From the IMG/VR virus record IMGVR_UViG_3300027798_002855: a stretch of DNA of 64,000 nucleotides. One strand, given 5' to 3'. This document shows, one piece after another, positions 47,098 to 56,786 of the stretch; position 1 is the stretch's first letter; each line of letters begins with the position of its first letter. The notes under the pieces were generated by a model. The model was not told the origin of the DNA. It was given only the letters and a program-made list of their open reading frames with translations, and did no database searches. The translations under genes and the position numbers were made by a program. Source of the stretch: an uncultured virus (IMG/VR IMGVR_UViG_3300027798_002855) (Duplodnaviria; Heunggongvirae; Uroviricota; Caudoviricetes).

Positions 47098-47808
47098 TTG
47101 ACAAACATAATTACATTTACAGATACTATTGGGGTACCAGAAGAATATCGTCCAGTACCCGCTTCAAAACTAGTTCCAGACTGGTATAAAAATTTAGAAT
47201 CATATGCTGGTGGAGAAAAAAGACCAGACGGAAATGCAGGGACAACAGCAACAGCAAAACGCTGTATGCCTATTTTTGATGCTATTTCTGGCGGGTATAT
47301 AATTTCAACTCATGTAGATTTATTTATATCTCAAAGACCAGATGAAAATGGAAAACTACATCAACATTATGAATGGGCAAATTTTGGTGCTATTTCTTTT
47401 CATCCAAAACATCAATTACCAGAACATCCAGATGACACAGGACATGAAGACTCCTATCCAAAATGGAATAATGCATGGTCTATAAAAACACCACCAGGAT
47501 ATTCATCATTATTTATATCTCCTCTTCATAGGGAAACTCCTATTATTGCGTTACCCGCAATTGTAGATACTGATACTTATAATGCTCCTGTTAACTTCCC
47601 TTTCGTTTTACGTGATCCAAAGATGGATGGCTTAATTCCAGCGGGTACTCCAATAATGCAAGTAATTCCAATCAAAAGAGATGAATGGCAAATGGAGATT
47701 GGGACACAAGAAGATTTTGCTGAACAGGCAAGGGTAACAAATAAACTCCGTACCCTATTTTTTGATTCCTATAAAAGACAGTATAGACAGCCTAAAGAAT
47801 ACCGCTAA
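47098..47808 (+). CDS. Hypothetical protein, paralog of 25083-25781
   Basis: KRCMP, TPPGYS, GTPIMQVIP. Confidence 0.75.
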   Translation: MTNIITFTDTIGVPEEYRPVPASKLVPDWYKNLESYAGGEKRPDGNAGTTATAKRCMPIFDAISGGYIISTHVDLFISQRPDENGKLHQHYEWANFGAISFHPKHQLPEHPDDTGHEDSYPKWNNAWSIKTPPGYSSLFISPLHRETPIIALPAIVDTDTYNAPVNFPFVLRDPKMDGLIPAGTPIMQVIPIKRDEWQMEIGTQEDFAEQARVTNKLRTLFFDSYKRQYRQPKEYR

Positions 47809-47863
47809 TTGTGGTATAATTTTTCTGAGAGGGTAGCGGAATAAATCTGCTATAATAAACACT

Positions 47864-48520
47864 ATGCCAACTACATTTAACTACTCTGGTAAACCAGCCT
47901 TCATGTATGATCAGGAAAGTGATCAATGGCTACAACTGGGTGGCGCAATTGATACCTCTTCAGCATACACATGGGCAGGCGTTAATGCATTTAGTAATGA
48001 CGTATCTTTTACAGATTCTTTGACCTCTAAAGAAGGTCTTAATAACTTTTTAAATCCCGCTGCAAGAGACGCAGCAATTGCATCTCCTGTTCATGGAACA
48101 GTAGCATTTGTTCGTCAGGATTCTGGCGGTAACACAATTAACCAATGGCAATACTACAGCGGATCCGCTTGGGTTGCTAATGATGGAGATATTTCTGCAG
48201 TTTCATCTGGCGTAGGTTTAACAGGTGGAGGAACTGCTGGTGCGCTAACTTTGACGGTAGACACAACATTCGTTGCTACCACAAGTAATACAATGACAAT
48301 GAGCAACAAGACTCTTACAAGTCCTGTCATTACTGGTTTAACATTAAATGACTCAAGCATTATTTTTGAAGGATCTTCTGCTGATAATCATGAGACTACT
48401 CTTACCGTCACAAATCCAACGGCAGATAGAACAATCACGCTACCAAACAGTAGTGGAACAGTTTCCCTATTATCAGACCTAGAAGAGTTAGAAGTTCAAA
48501 TGATTATGGGAGCACTATAA
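47864..48520 (+). CDS. Tail-fibre-like protein, cassette 3
   Basis: GDISAV, SNKTLT, PTADRTITLP. Confidence 0.65.
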   Translation: MPTTFNYSGKPAFMYDQESDQWLQLGGAIDTSSAYTWAGVNAFSNDVSFTDSLTSKEGLNNFLNPAARDAAIASPVHGTVAFVRQDSGGNTINQWQYYSGSAWVANDGDISAVSSGVGLTGGGTAGALTLTVDTTFVATTSNTMTMSNKTLTSPVITGLTLNDSSIIFEGSSADNHETTLTVTNPTADRTITLPNSSGTVSLLSDLEELEVQMIMGAL

Positions 48521-48553
48521 AATGCTATATAATACTATTGGAGGTAGTAACTA

Positions 48554-48880
48554 ATGGCTACAACAACTAAAGCACTTTTTCGTGGTGCTGCAACAACTTC
48601 AGGAACTGCTGCACCTTTATATACCGTGCCAGCAACAGGAACAACAGCGGTAATTACAAACATTGCAGTGTCTAATCCACTTGCATCTACATCTACTTTT
48701 ACTTTAAATATTGGTGGAACTAATTTTGCTGCTACCTCGGCGGTATCACCAAATAGCACAGTTTTAATTGATCTCAAGCAGGTACTTGAATATAGTGCAA
48801 CAACTTCAAATATGCAAATCACAGCAAGTGCAGTAACCACAGCAGTAACATTCCATATTTCTGGAATAGAAATTTCATAA
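48554..48880 (+). CDS. Small virion-associated beta protein
   Basis: LYTVP..., FHISG.E. Confidence 0.65.
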   Translation: MATTTKALFRGAATTSGTAAPLYTVPATGTTAVITNIAVSNPLASTSTFTLNIGGTNFAATSAVSPNSTVLIDLKQVLEYSATTSNMQITASAVTTAVTFHISGIEIS

Positions 48881-48890
48881 GGGGTAAAAA

Positions 48891-49904
48891 ATGGGAATTT
48901 CAGTATTAAATCCAGCAGCAGCAGCAGGAGCAGCTAGCGTAAATGCTAAGGTTTTTACAATAAGCGCTTCAAATACAACATATAAGGTAGCAGATACATT
49001 TCTTGCTGGAGGTTATACAATAACAACATCACCAGGAACTAGCCAACAAGTTGAAGTTTCATTTATTAATGCTAATACAGTTTTACAAACTGTTACAACA
49101 AGCAGTGGAACCGTTTCAACATCAATACCTTCAGAAGCAACACATGTATATATCAGAGACACTGGTGGATATAGTGATACTGTTGTTACAATAACATATA
49201 CTTCAACAAATTCAACAGGTAGTGCTACAACTGGAACACTGGACACAATAACATCAACTGGAAATTATAATCAAACTGGCCTTTTATATGCACTTGCAAT
49301 AGGTGGCGGTGGTGGCGGTGGCGCTGGATCAAGTGGGGATACCTCTAAAGCTGGTTGTGGTGGTGGATCTGGTTCTTTTAGTGCTGGCTTTATTTATACT
49401 AATACTGCAATATCGGCAACAATAGGCAATGGAGGTTCGGGTGGTAATAATTCAACAGCTTCAGGCAGTGCTGGCGGAACAACTACTTTTAGTAACCTAA
49501 GTGCTGCTGGTGGAAATGGCGGAACTCTAAATAGTGGTGGAAATGGGCAGGGAAATGGTTCTGCTCCAACAGAAAACTATCAAGGCGGTCGCACAGGCAA
49601 TTCAAGCGGAACTCCATATAAAACAATTACAGGAAATAGTACGACTGGCGGCGGCGGTGGTGGTGGATCATCTTATGAAGGCAGTGGAAATCAAGGTAAT
49701 GGAGGAGCTGGCGCAGGATCAGGCATAGGTACTGGTGGAACTGGCGGAACAATTAATAGCGGAAATGGTGGTTTTACTACCGCTGGAAGCAGTGGAACTG
49801 GATATAGTGCAGGTGGTGGCGGTGGCGCAACAAAAAGAACAGTTACTTTTTCTGTTGGTGGCGCTGGCACAGCAGGCGTAATCTACGTATTGAGAGGATT
49901 CTAA
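48891..49904 (+). CDS. Gly-rich adhesin-like protein, cassette 3
   Basis: IGGGGGG, polyglycine tracts. Confidence 0.7.
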   Translation: MGISVLNPAAAAGAASVNAKVFTISASNTTYKVADTFLAGGYTITTSPGTSQQVEVSFINANTVLQTVTTSSGTVSTSIPSEATHVYIRDTGGYSDTVVTITYTSTNSTGSATTGTLDTITSTGNYNQTGLLYALAIGGGGGGGAGSSGDTSKAGCGGGSGSFSAGFIYTNTAISATIGNGGSGGNNSTASGSAGGTTTFSNLSAAGGNGGTLNSGGNGQGNGSAPTENYQGGRTGNSSGTPYKTITGNSTTGGGGGGGSSYEGSGNQGNGGAGAGSGIGTGGTGGTINSGNGGFTTAGSSGTGYSAGGGGGATKRTVTFSVGGAGTAGVIYVLRGF

Positions 49905-49905
49905 T

Positions 49906-50202
49906 ATGTTCAACTTTGCAGTCCTTGATGGAGAAAATATACTTAATACAATAGTTGCAGATTCTAAGGCAATTGCTGAAGAAATTACAGGCAAGACATG
50001 TGTAGAATTTAATATTCCAAGTTGTGCAGAACCAGGTGGCACATATGTTGGTGGAGTGTTTATTCCACGTAAGCCTTACCCAAGTTGGGTGCTAAATGCA
50101 GACAATTTATGGGAGGCACCAGTTGCTTACCCAGAATTTGATCCAGAAAATCCTGTATTTTACACCTGGGATGAAACAACAACTTCTTGGATTGTAGAAT
50201 AA
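49906..50202 (+). CDS. Small accessory/chaperone-like protein, cassette 3
   Basis: KPYPSWV..WEAPV.YP..WDE. Confidence 0.7.
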   Translation: MFNFAVLDGENILNTIVADSKAIAEEITGKTCVEFNIPSCAEPGGTYVGGVFIPRKPYPSWVLNADNLWEAPVAYPEFDPENPVFYTWDETTTSWIVE

Positions 50203-50232
50203 AAAACTAAAGATATTTTTTTGGGGGTATTT

Positions 50233-50493
50233 ATGGATAGAGATTTAGTGTATGTTCCTGAAATAGAGACTGCTCAGTGTTGGGGATGTAAGGAAGATTT
50301 TAAATTATATTCTGTGCAAAAAACTGGTATTAATTGGTGTAGAGTTTGTGCAATAAACAATAGATTGTCTGAACTAATAACTTTGCCAAATATTTTAAAA
50401 AAAATTATCAAATTTGCAGAAGAAAAAAATGAAAAAATTGATGATCGTCTTGTAGTTGATATTTCTGGGTTAGTTAAAGAATTACAAAAATAA
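50233..50493 (+). CDS. Hypothetical Zn-binding protein
   Basis: CWGC..CRVC. Confidence 0.55.
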   Translation: MDRDLVYVPEIETAQCWGCKEDFKLYSVQKTGINWCRVCAINNRLSELITLPNILKKIIKFAEEKNEKIDDRLVVDISGLVKELQK

Positions 50494-50523
50494 CCCTCTC
50501 ATATTTCAGAGAGGGTATCTTTA
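50493..50523. terminator. Hairpin between convergent genes
   Basis: ACCCTCTC-N8-GAGAGGGT. Confidence 0.6.
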
Positions 50524-50532
50524 TGCCCTGAA

Positions 50533-51090
50533 CTATCCAGGGAATTTATTAAGCCACTTATTTACAGCACCTTTATTGTAAGATGACCATGAACTCCAAT
50601 CTTCCCCGCCCCTAGTCATACGATATGCAATTTGTGCATTTATGACGGGATTGAAAAGATCAGCATTATGCTCTAGATCAAATCGCTCACGGCGATCCTC
50701 TCCAAGCATATCTAGCATATTAATTTGAAAGACGCCAAATGAGGAGTCTCCAGTTTTGATGTTTCCGTTAAAAGCAAACGGGCGACCATTGGATTCAGCC
50801 TTAGCGACTGCATAGGCAGTCTTTAGACCTTTTCCTTTGAAACCCACTGCTCTAAGTAATTCAACCAACTGGCTGTCAGTTAAACCTGTAGCGTTATTAT
50901 ATTTTTCAAGTACCTTGTCATTATTGGCCTTAGATAGCAAAAGAGCCGCCTTGTGGGCGGCAGCGACTGCTGGTTCGTTAGTTTTATAAGACAAGTTATT
51001 CTTAGCAGCGGCATTTGGAATAGCACCCAAAAGTGTTACAATTCCAAACATAGTTGCAAGAACCCCCGATAGTATTTTTCTGTCTCTCAA
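50533..51090 (-). CDS. Secreted lysozyme-like/lytic transglycosylase
   Basis: Signal/TM, AKAESNG, GVFQIN, NAQIAY, W..W; TTG after AGGAGG. Confidence 0.85.
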   Translation of the reverse strand: MRDRKILSGVLATMFGIVTLLGAIPNAAAKNNLSYKTNEPAVAAAHKAALLLSKANNDKVLEKYNNATGLTDSQLVELLRAVGFKGKGLKTAYAVAKAESNGRPFAFNGNIKTGDSSFGVFQINMLDMLGEDRRERFDLEHNADLFNPVINAQIAYRMTRGGEDWSSWSSYNKGAVNKWLNKFPG

Positions 51091-51228
51091 GTTTTTCCTC
51101 CTTAGAAACGCAATAGCACTGTAATTAACAGTGCTATGCACTAAGTATAACATATTTTGACCTTTTAGGTCAAGTCAAGCACAAAATAAGTAAAATATAA
51201 ATATTTCAGAGTGGTATAATAAACTATT

Positions 51229-51753
51229 ATGGCGGAAACCAATACCTATGATCTACCCTACCCAACAAATGCTAGTCCTGTAAACGTTGCAGGCGACATA
51301 CAGGCATTGGCAGAAGCAGTTGATGCTATTCTGCCTAGCCTCGGGCTTCCTTATCATACGTTAGAGGTTGTTAATAATACTGGCTCAACAATTGCAAAAG
51401 CAACACCAGTTTATATTTCTGGGTTTGGAACAAGCAAACCACGTATCTCAAAATCTGATGCCGACACGCTTTCAACATTTCCTGTAATTGGATTAACACA
51501 GGCAGCAATTGCAAATGGTAGTGATGGTGTTGTTTTAATAAGTGGAGTTTTTAGTGATGTAAATACCTCGTCATTTTCTGTAGGTGCTAGACTTTATGTT
51601 GCATCAGGTGGAGGACTTACAACAACAAAACCAACAAGCGGTGGTGGCGTAATTGGCGTGGTAGCAAAATCAAATGCATCAACAGGTATAATTATTGTAG
51701 GAGCAAATAAAGGTAATGGAACTTGGGGTTCTATGAAAGCAGGATTATCATGA
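51229..51753 (+). CDS. Virion-associated protein (capsid-fibre/decoration-like)
   Basis: LPYP N-terminus, GLTTT.P. Confidence 0.6.
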   Translation: MAETNTYDLPYPTNASPVNVAGDIQALAEAVDAILPSLGLPYHTLEVVNNTGSTIAKATPVYISGFGTSKPRISKSDADTLSTFPVIGLTQAAIANGSDGVVLISGVFSDVNTSSFSVGARLYVASGGGLTTTKPTSGGGVIGVVAKSNASTGIIIVGANKGNGTWGSMKAGLS

Positions 51754-52142
51754 CAAGTTATAGAAATACAGGCGCATCGTCTTTTTCAATTAATAATACA
51801 CCACCAACAATATCTTGGACGCTAGTTCGTGGAGACACTCCAGCATTTAGAGTTTATGTAACAGATGAAAATAGCGACCCCTTAACTATTGAAGATTGGG
51901 ACCTTGCCATGGACATAGTTAGACCATCTAGCACAAATGCCGTTATAGTGGCCGTAACTCCTGGAATTTCTGCAGATGATGATGATGGAGAATTTACTGT
52001 AGCCTTGAATGCAAATCAATCTGAGCTATTGGCAACCAATGATATTTTTGATATTCAAATATCTGATGCAACTAGAACTTGGACTATTGCTAAAGGAACA
52101 ATAACTGTAATTGAAGATGTAACTGGTCCATACGAAAGTTAA
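51750..52142 (+). CDS. Baseplate Ig-like protein
   Basis: RGDT, FDIQ, GTI.V..DVT. Confidence 0.6.
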   Translation: MTSYRNTGASSFSINNTPPTISWTLVRGDTPAFRVYVTDENSDPLTIEDWDLAMDIVRPSSTNAVIVAVTPGISADDDDGEFTVALNANQSELLATNDIFDIQISDATRTWTIAKGTITVIEDVTGPYES

Positions 52143-52145
52143 TCC

Positions 52146-52331
52146 ATGACCCTTAAAAGAGTTGTTTCTCTTTCACCTAAAAATACTTTTATTAAAAAAG
52201 TCAGTTATCCTAAAACAGATGTAAAAGGAATATATCCCTATAGGGTTAGGTTTGAAAATATTGGAATTTCTTCTGCTCCATCAGCGGGAATCGGAGTAGC
52301 AGTAATCGGCACTAGTTTTGTTATTTTGTGA
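52146..52331 (+). CDS. Small hypothetical protein
   Basis: GIG..IG..F.I C-terminus. Confidence 0.55.
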   Translation: MTLKRVVSLSPKNTFIKKVSYPKTDVKGIYPYRVRFENIGISSAPSAGIGVAVIGTSFVIL

Positions 52332-52345
52332 TATAATCTTTTATT

Positions 52346-52783
52346 ATGGCTATAGTTCCTATTAATACCCTGAAGACAAAGTTTGAAACAGGCGACAGGC
52401 CTACTCAGCAAGACTTTATGGACCTTATTGATACTACTTCATACCGTGCTGATTCTTTAGGCGGGGATGGAAACAACTCCGTAACCATAAACGGAATAGA
52501 ATCTCCAACAGCATTTGACACTATAGACACATCAACATGGAGAACTGTAAAGTATTTAATTCAACTATCCAATGCTGCTTCTAGTTCCTATAGAAGCACA
52601 GAAATCAACATAGTTTTTGATGGTACCAATCAAAACATAACTGAATACGGTTCAGTTAAGAACAACAATAGTGATGTGGGAACAATTTCTGCAGCACTAA
52701 ATTCTGGTACAATTACCATGACGGTTACCCCCGTCTTAAGTCCGATGACCATACGGTATTACCGTACAGGTTTGAAGGCCTAA
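52346..52783 (+). CDS. Virion protein
   Basis: FETGDRPT..DF.DLID; RTVKYLIQ domain. Confidence 0.65.
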   Translation: MAIVPINTLKTKFETGDRPTQQDFMDLIDTTSYRADSLGGDGNNSVTINGIESPTAFDTIDTSTWRTVKYLIQLSNAASSSYRSTEINIVFDGTNQNITEYGSVKNNNSDVGTISAALNSGTITMTVTPVLSPMTIRYYRTGLKA

Positions 52784-52799
52784 ACCCCATAAGGAGAAA

Positions 52800-54365
52800 A
52801 TGATGGCGACAGTCAATAAAGACTTCAGAATTAAGAATGGGCTCGTCGTTGAGGGAAGCACAGCAACCGTCAATGGATCAAACGTTCTTACAGAAGCATC
52901 AACTACATTTCTAGCAGAGTATGTTGCAGATACCGTTGGAGCAATGGTTTCAAGCAACACCGAGTCTGGTATTTCAGTAAGTTACCAAGACGGAGACAAC
53001 ACACTAGATTTTAATGTTGACGATTTTACAATTACACTTGGTGGAGATCTTTCAGGTTCTGTAACAATTACAGATCTTGCAAGTGCAACTCTTACCGCAT
53101 CTATTGCAGCAGACTCTGTTGCACTAGGCACAGATACAACAGGTAACTACGTAGCATCTGTTACATCTGGCACAGGACTTTCAATTACATCTGGATCAAT
53201 TGGAGAAGGTTCAGCAGTAGTCATTGCAAACGATGACAAAGGTTCTTCACAAAACATTTTCAAAAATGTTGCAATTACTGGTGGAGCAACTGTTTCAGCA
53301 GACTCAAATGATGACACTGTAACATTTACAGCAGGAACTGGTATCGGTTTAGTTGCTGCTACATCAACAGACACAATTACAGTTAACAATCTTGGTGTTC
53401 ATACAATTACAGGAACAGCAAATGAAATTGAAGTTTCTGCTGCAACTGGATCAGTCACAATTGGTCTTCCAGACAATGTGACAGTTGGCGGGAATTTAAC
53501 AGTAACTGGCGATCTAACTGTAAATGGAACCTCTACTGTTCTTAATACAGAAACTCTTGCAGTAGAAGATAATATAATTCTTCTAAATAGCAACGTTACA
53601 AGTGCTCCATCAACAAACGCAGGTATTGAAGTTGAGCGTGGCTCATCAGCAAATGCATCTTTATTCTGGAATGAGACAACCGATAAATGGACAGTAAATG
53701 ATTCTACTACCTCCAAGGCAATTGCTTTGGTTGGAGATGCAACATTTAATACCTTCTCAACATTCACAGATGGTTCAAATAACGCAGAACCAGATTCATC
53801 ATCTGACACATTCACATTCAGTGCTGGAACTGGTATAACCGCTGTAGTTAACGCAGGAGCAGACAGTTTAACAATTACAAACGTAGGTGTTACAGGTTTA
53901 ACAGGAACTACCTCACAGGTTATTGTTTCTGCTTCAACTGGTGCTGTAACTCTGTCTCTACCACAGGACATTGCAAGTACAGCAAGCCCAACATTCGCAG
54001 CACTCTCAGTAGGATCTGGATCAGTTACAGCAGGTTCTGTAACTCTTGCAGAAGCCCTTATTGGTTCTGCAGTTGCAACCGCTGGAACATCTGCTTCCGT
54101 TGTAGATTCCTGGTCTGCAACAACATACAGAAGCGCTAAGTATCTTGTACAAATGAAAAAAGGCAATGATATTCAGACTCTTGAAGTTCTTGTAAATGTT
54201 GATGGAAATAACAACGTTTATATTACAGAATATGCTGATGTTATTAGCAACGTTTCTCTTGGAACTACCGACGCTGACTATAACGCAGGCAACGTTCGTT
54301 TGCTAGTTACAGCAGCAGCCGATGAAACAGCAGTAAAGGTACACAAGACGCTTATTGAAGCGTAA
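52800..54365 (+). CDS. Tail-fibre protein
   Basis: KDF..KNGL, GNLTV.G, VEDN, RSAKYLVQ. Confidence 0.75.
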   Translation: MMATVNKDFRIKNGLVVEGSTATVNGSNVLTEASTTFLAEYVADTVGAMVSSNTESGISVSYQDGDNTLDFNVDDFTITLGGDLSGSVTITDLASATLTASIAADSVALGTDTTGNYVASVTSGTGLSITSGSIGEGSAVVIANDDKGSSQNIFKNVAITGGATVSADSNDDTVTFTAGTGIGLVAATSTDTITVNNLGVHTITGTANEIEVSAATGSVTIGLPDNVTVGGNLTVTGDLTVNGTSTVLNTETLAVEDNIILLNSNVTSAPSTNAGIEVERGSSANASLFWNETTDKWTVNDSTTSKAIALVGDATFNTFSTFTDGSNNAEPDSSSDTFTFSAGTGITAVVNAGADSLTITNVGVTGLTGTTSQVIVSASTGAVTLSLPQDIASTASPTFAALSVGSGSVTAGSVTLAEALIGSAVATAGTSASVVDSWSATTYRSAKYLVQMKKGNDIQTLEVLVNVDGNNNVYITEYADVISNVSLGTTDADYNAGNVRLLVTAAADETAVKVHKTLIEA

Positions 54366-54394
54366 TGTGACCACGAAGGGATAAGTGAACTTCA

Positions 54395-54805
54395 GTGGCA
54401 ACAACTAATAAAGATTTTGTCGTCAAGACAGGACTTAAGGTTGCCACTGGAGTTACCTTCCCAGATAATTCAGTTCAAACAACAGCCTTCACAGGCAACG
54501 CATTAACAGTAGGGTCAACATTTCCAGTTTCGCCAAGTAATGGAAATTTATTTTTATATACAGAAACAAATCGTGTTTATTATTACTACAATTCTGAATG
54601 GTATGCCCTTGCAAACTTTGATGATACCGCAACTGTTCAAGAGCATACACATGACACATCTATTGGCGGTGGAGGATTTGTTGATGATATTTATCAATAT
54701 GCTGGAGATGGAGTGGCTGGTCCATGGCTTGGAACATCTCTTGATGGAGGAACACCAGCAACAACATCGTTTGCTTTTGTAATTGATGGCGGTGCTGTAG
54801 CATGA
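54395..54805 (+). CDS. Virion fibre-associated protein
   Basis: KDFVVK.GL, FPD...QTTA, DGG. Confidence 0.65.
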   Translation: MATTNKDFVVKTGLKVATGVTFPDNSVQTTAFTGNALTVGSTFPVSPSNGNLFLYTETNRVYYYYNSEWYALANFDDTATVQEHTHDTSIGGGGFVDDIYQYAGDGVAGPWLGTSLDGGTPATTSFAFVIDGGAVA

Positions 54806-54845
54806 CAAACTTTGGTATAATAAGATTGATTACGGAGGCTATAAA

Positions 54846-56621
54846 ATGGCAGTAAGAATTCAAATGCGTCGTGGCGCTGCCACATCTTGGAACTCCACAG
54901 ACCCAGTTCTTGCACAAGGAGAGTTTGGTTTTGACACAACCTCTGGACAAATTAAAATTGGTAATGGAACAACATCTTGGAGTGGCCTAGACTATTTAGT
55001 TACAGATGGAAGCCTTGGAACCAGCCTTGGAGATTACATTGAACTTGCTGAAAAAGGATCAACCAGTGGCGTTGCAGAACTCGATAGCAACAGAAATTTG
55101 CTTATTCCTAATGCAAGTATTATTTTTGAAGGTTCAACAGCAAATAATTTTGAAACAACTTTAACTGCAACAGATCCAACTGCTGATCGCACTATTACTT
55201 TGCCTAATACATCTGGTACGGTAGTTTTAGCCGATAATAGCGGAAATGTAACTATTGGAGGAAATCTAACAGTAAGTGGAACAACTACAACCATTGATTC
55301 TACTACCATCAATGTTGTTAATTCATTTATTTTTGAGGGTACCGCTAATGATCACGAAACTACCTTAACAATAACAGATCCTACTGCAGACAGAACTATT
55401 ACACTTCCAGATGCTACTGGAACTGTAGCACTCACAACAGACCTTTCATCATTTGCTACAACATCTTATGTATCAAGCTCAGTTTCAAGTCATAACGCTA
55501 CAACAACAAGTGTACATGGCATAACAGATACAGGCGCTCTTGCAACTACATCATATGTCGGAACAGCCATACAAAATTTAGCAAGTACTTCTTTTGTAGG
55601 AAATTCAGTTTCAAGCCATAATGCAACTACTACAAATGTGCACGGCATATCAGATACGGCTGCTTTAGCAACAACATCATACGTAACTAACTCTGTATCC
55701 AGTCATAATGCTACAACTACCAGTGTTCATGGTATTGCAGATACAGCAGCCCTTGCGACAACTTCATATGTCGGAAATGCTATAGCAGCATTTGCAACTA
55801 CTTCATATGTAACAAATTCAGTTTCTAGCCATAATGCAACAACTACAAATGTACATGGAATTACCGACACCTCGCTACTTGCTACTACATCTTCTGTAGC
55901 AACAGCAATACAAAATCTAGCCAGTACCTCATTTGTAGGAAACTCAGTGTCTAGCCATGCAGCGTTAACCACTACACATGGTGTTTCTGGTGCAATCGTT
56001 GGAACCTCAGATTCTCAGACACTAACAACCAAAACAATTGCTCTTGGATCAAATACAGTATCTGGCTCAATATCAGACTTTAATACAGCGTTAACAGATG
56101 CTGATTTTGCTACACTATCTGGCACAGAAACTTTTGCAAATAAGACCCTGACAAGCCCAGTAGTTAATACTCAAATTACTACAGCAAGCACATCATTTAA
56201 TCTTTTGAATACTGTCGCTACTACGATTAACTTTGGTGGAGCAGCAGATGTCATTTCTCTTGGATCTGCCACTAGCACTGTTACAGTAAATAAACACCTT
56301 GTTGTAACGGGAGATCTAACAGTAAATGGAACAACTACAACTATCAACTCAACAACTCTATCAGTAGATGATAAAAATATTGTTCTTGCAGATGGAAACA
56401 CTTCTGATGTTGCAGCAGATGGTGGCGGTATAACTCTAAAAGGTGCATCAGATAAAACCTTTACTTGGTCAGACTCAAATGATTCTTGGAGTTCATCTGA
56501 GCATGTCAGCCTAGCCTCTGGCAAGTCTTATAAAGTTAATGGCACAAATATTTCTGCTGCTCTTCCTGGTCTTACATGGGGAGAAGTTAAGAACGGCAAG
56601 TCTGGTCTAACAATTAGTTAG
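54846..56621 (+). CDS. Tail fibre with Mtd-N-like N-terminal domain and His-repeat stalk
   Basis: IQMRRG..W...PVLA.GE.G..KIG.G; SHNATTTxVHGI x4. Confidence 0.8.
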   Translation: MAVRIQMRRGAATSWNSTDPVLAQGEFGFDTTSGQIKIGNGTTSWSGLDYLVTDGSLGTSLGDYIELAEKGSTSGVAELDSNRNLLIPNASIIFEGSTANNFETTLTATDPTADRTITLPNTSGTVVLADNSGNVTIGGNLTVSGTTTTIDSTTINVVNSFIFEGTANDHETTLTITDPTADRTITLPDATGTVALTTDLSSFATTSYVSSSVSSHNATTTSVHGITDTGALATTSYVGTAIQNLASTSFVGNSVSSHNATTTNVHGISDTAALATTSYVTNSVSSHNATTTSVHGIADTAALATTSYVGNAIAAFATTSYVTNSVSSHNATTTNVHGITDTSLLATTSSVATAIQNLASTSFVGNSVSSHAALTTTHGVSGAIVGTSDSQTLTTKTIALGSNTVSGSISDFNTALTDADFATLSGTETFANKTLTSPVVNTQITTASTSFNLLNTVATTINFGGAADVISLGSATSTVTVNKHLVVTGDLTVNGTTTTINSTTLSVDDKNIVLADGNTSDVAADGGGITLKGASDKTFTWSDSNDSWSSSEHVSLASGKSYKVNGTNISAALPGLTWGEVKNGKSGLTIS

Positions 56622-56786
56622 ACTACTTTGCAAAACTAAAAGTACTTAACCTTTACTTAAGACTAACTGTTTATAAAAACACTGTAAATTATAACTTTTC
56701 TTTATATAAACTTTGTGGTATACTAAACACTACTTTGCGATTTGTAAAGTTCTCATATTATTTCTTGTGGAAAGGTATTAAAACAA

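Noticed and set aside
54846..56621. Diversity-generating retroelement target
   Set aside because: Only an Mtd-N-like domain; no reverse transcriptase or TR/VR pair seen in the window.
56625..56786. Cobalamin riboswitch or NrdR box upstream of nrdJ
   Set aside because: No B12-box; only a partial NrdR-like half site (TCTTGTGG), too weak to call.
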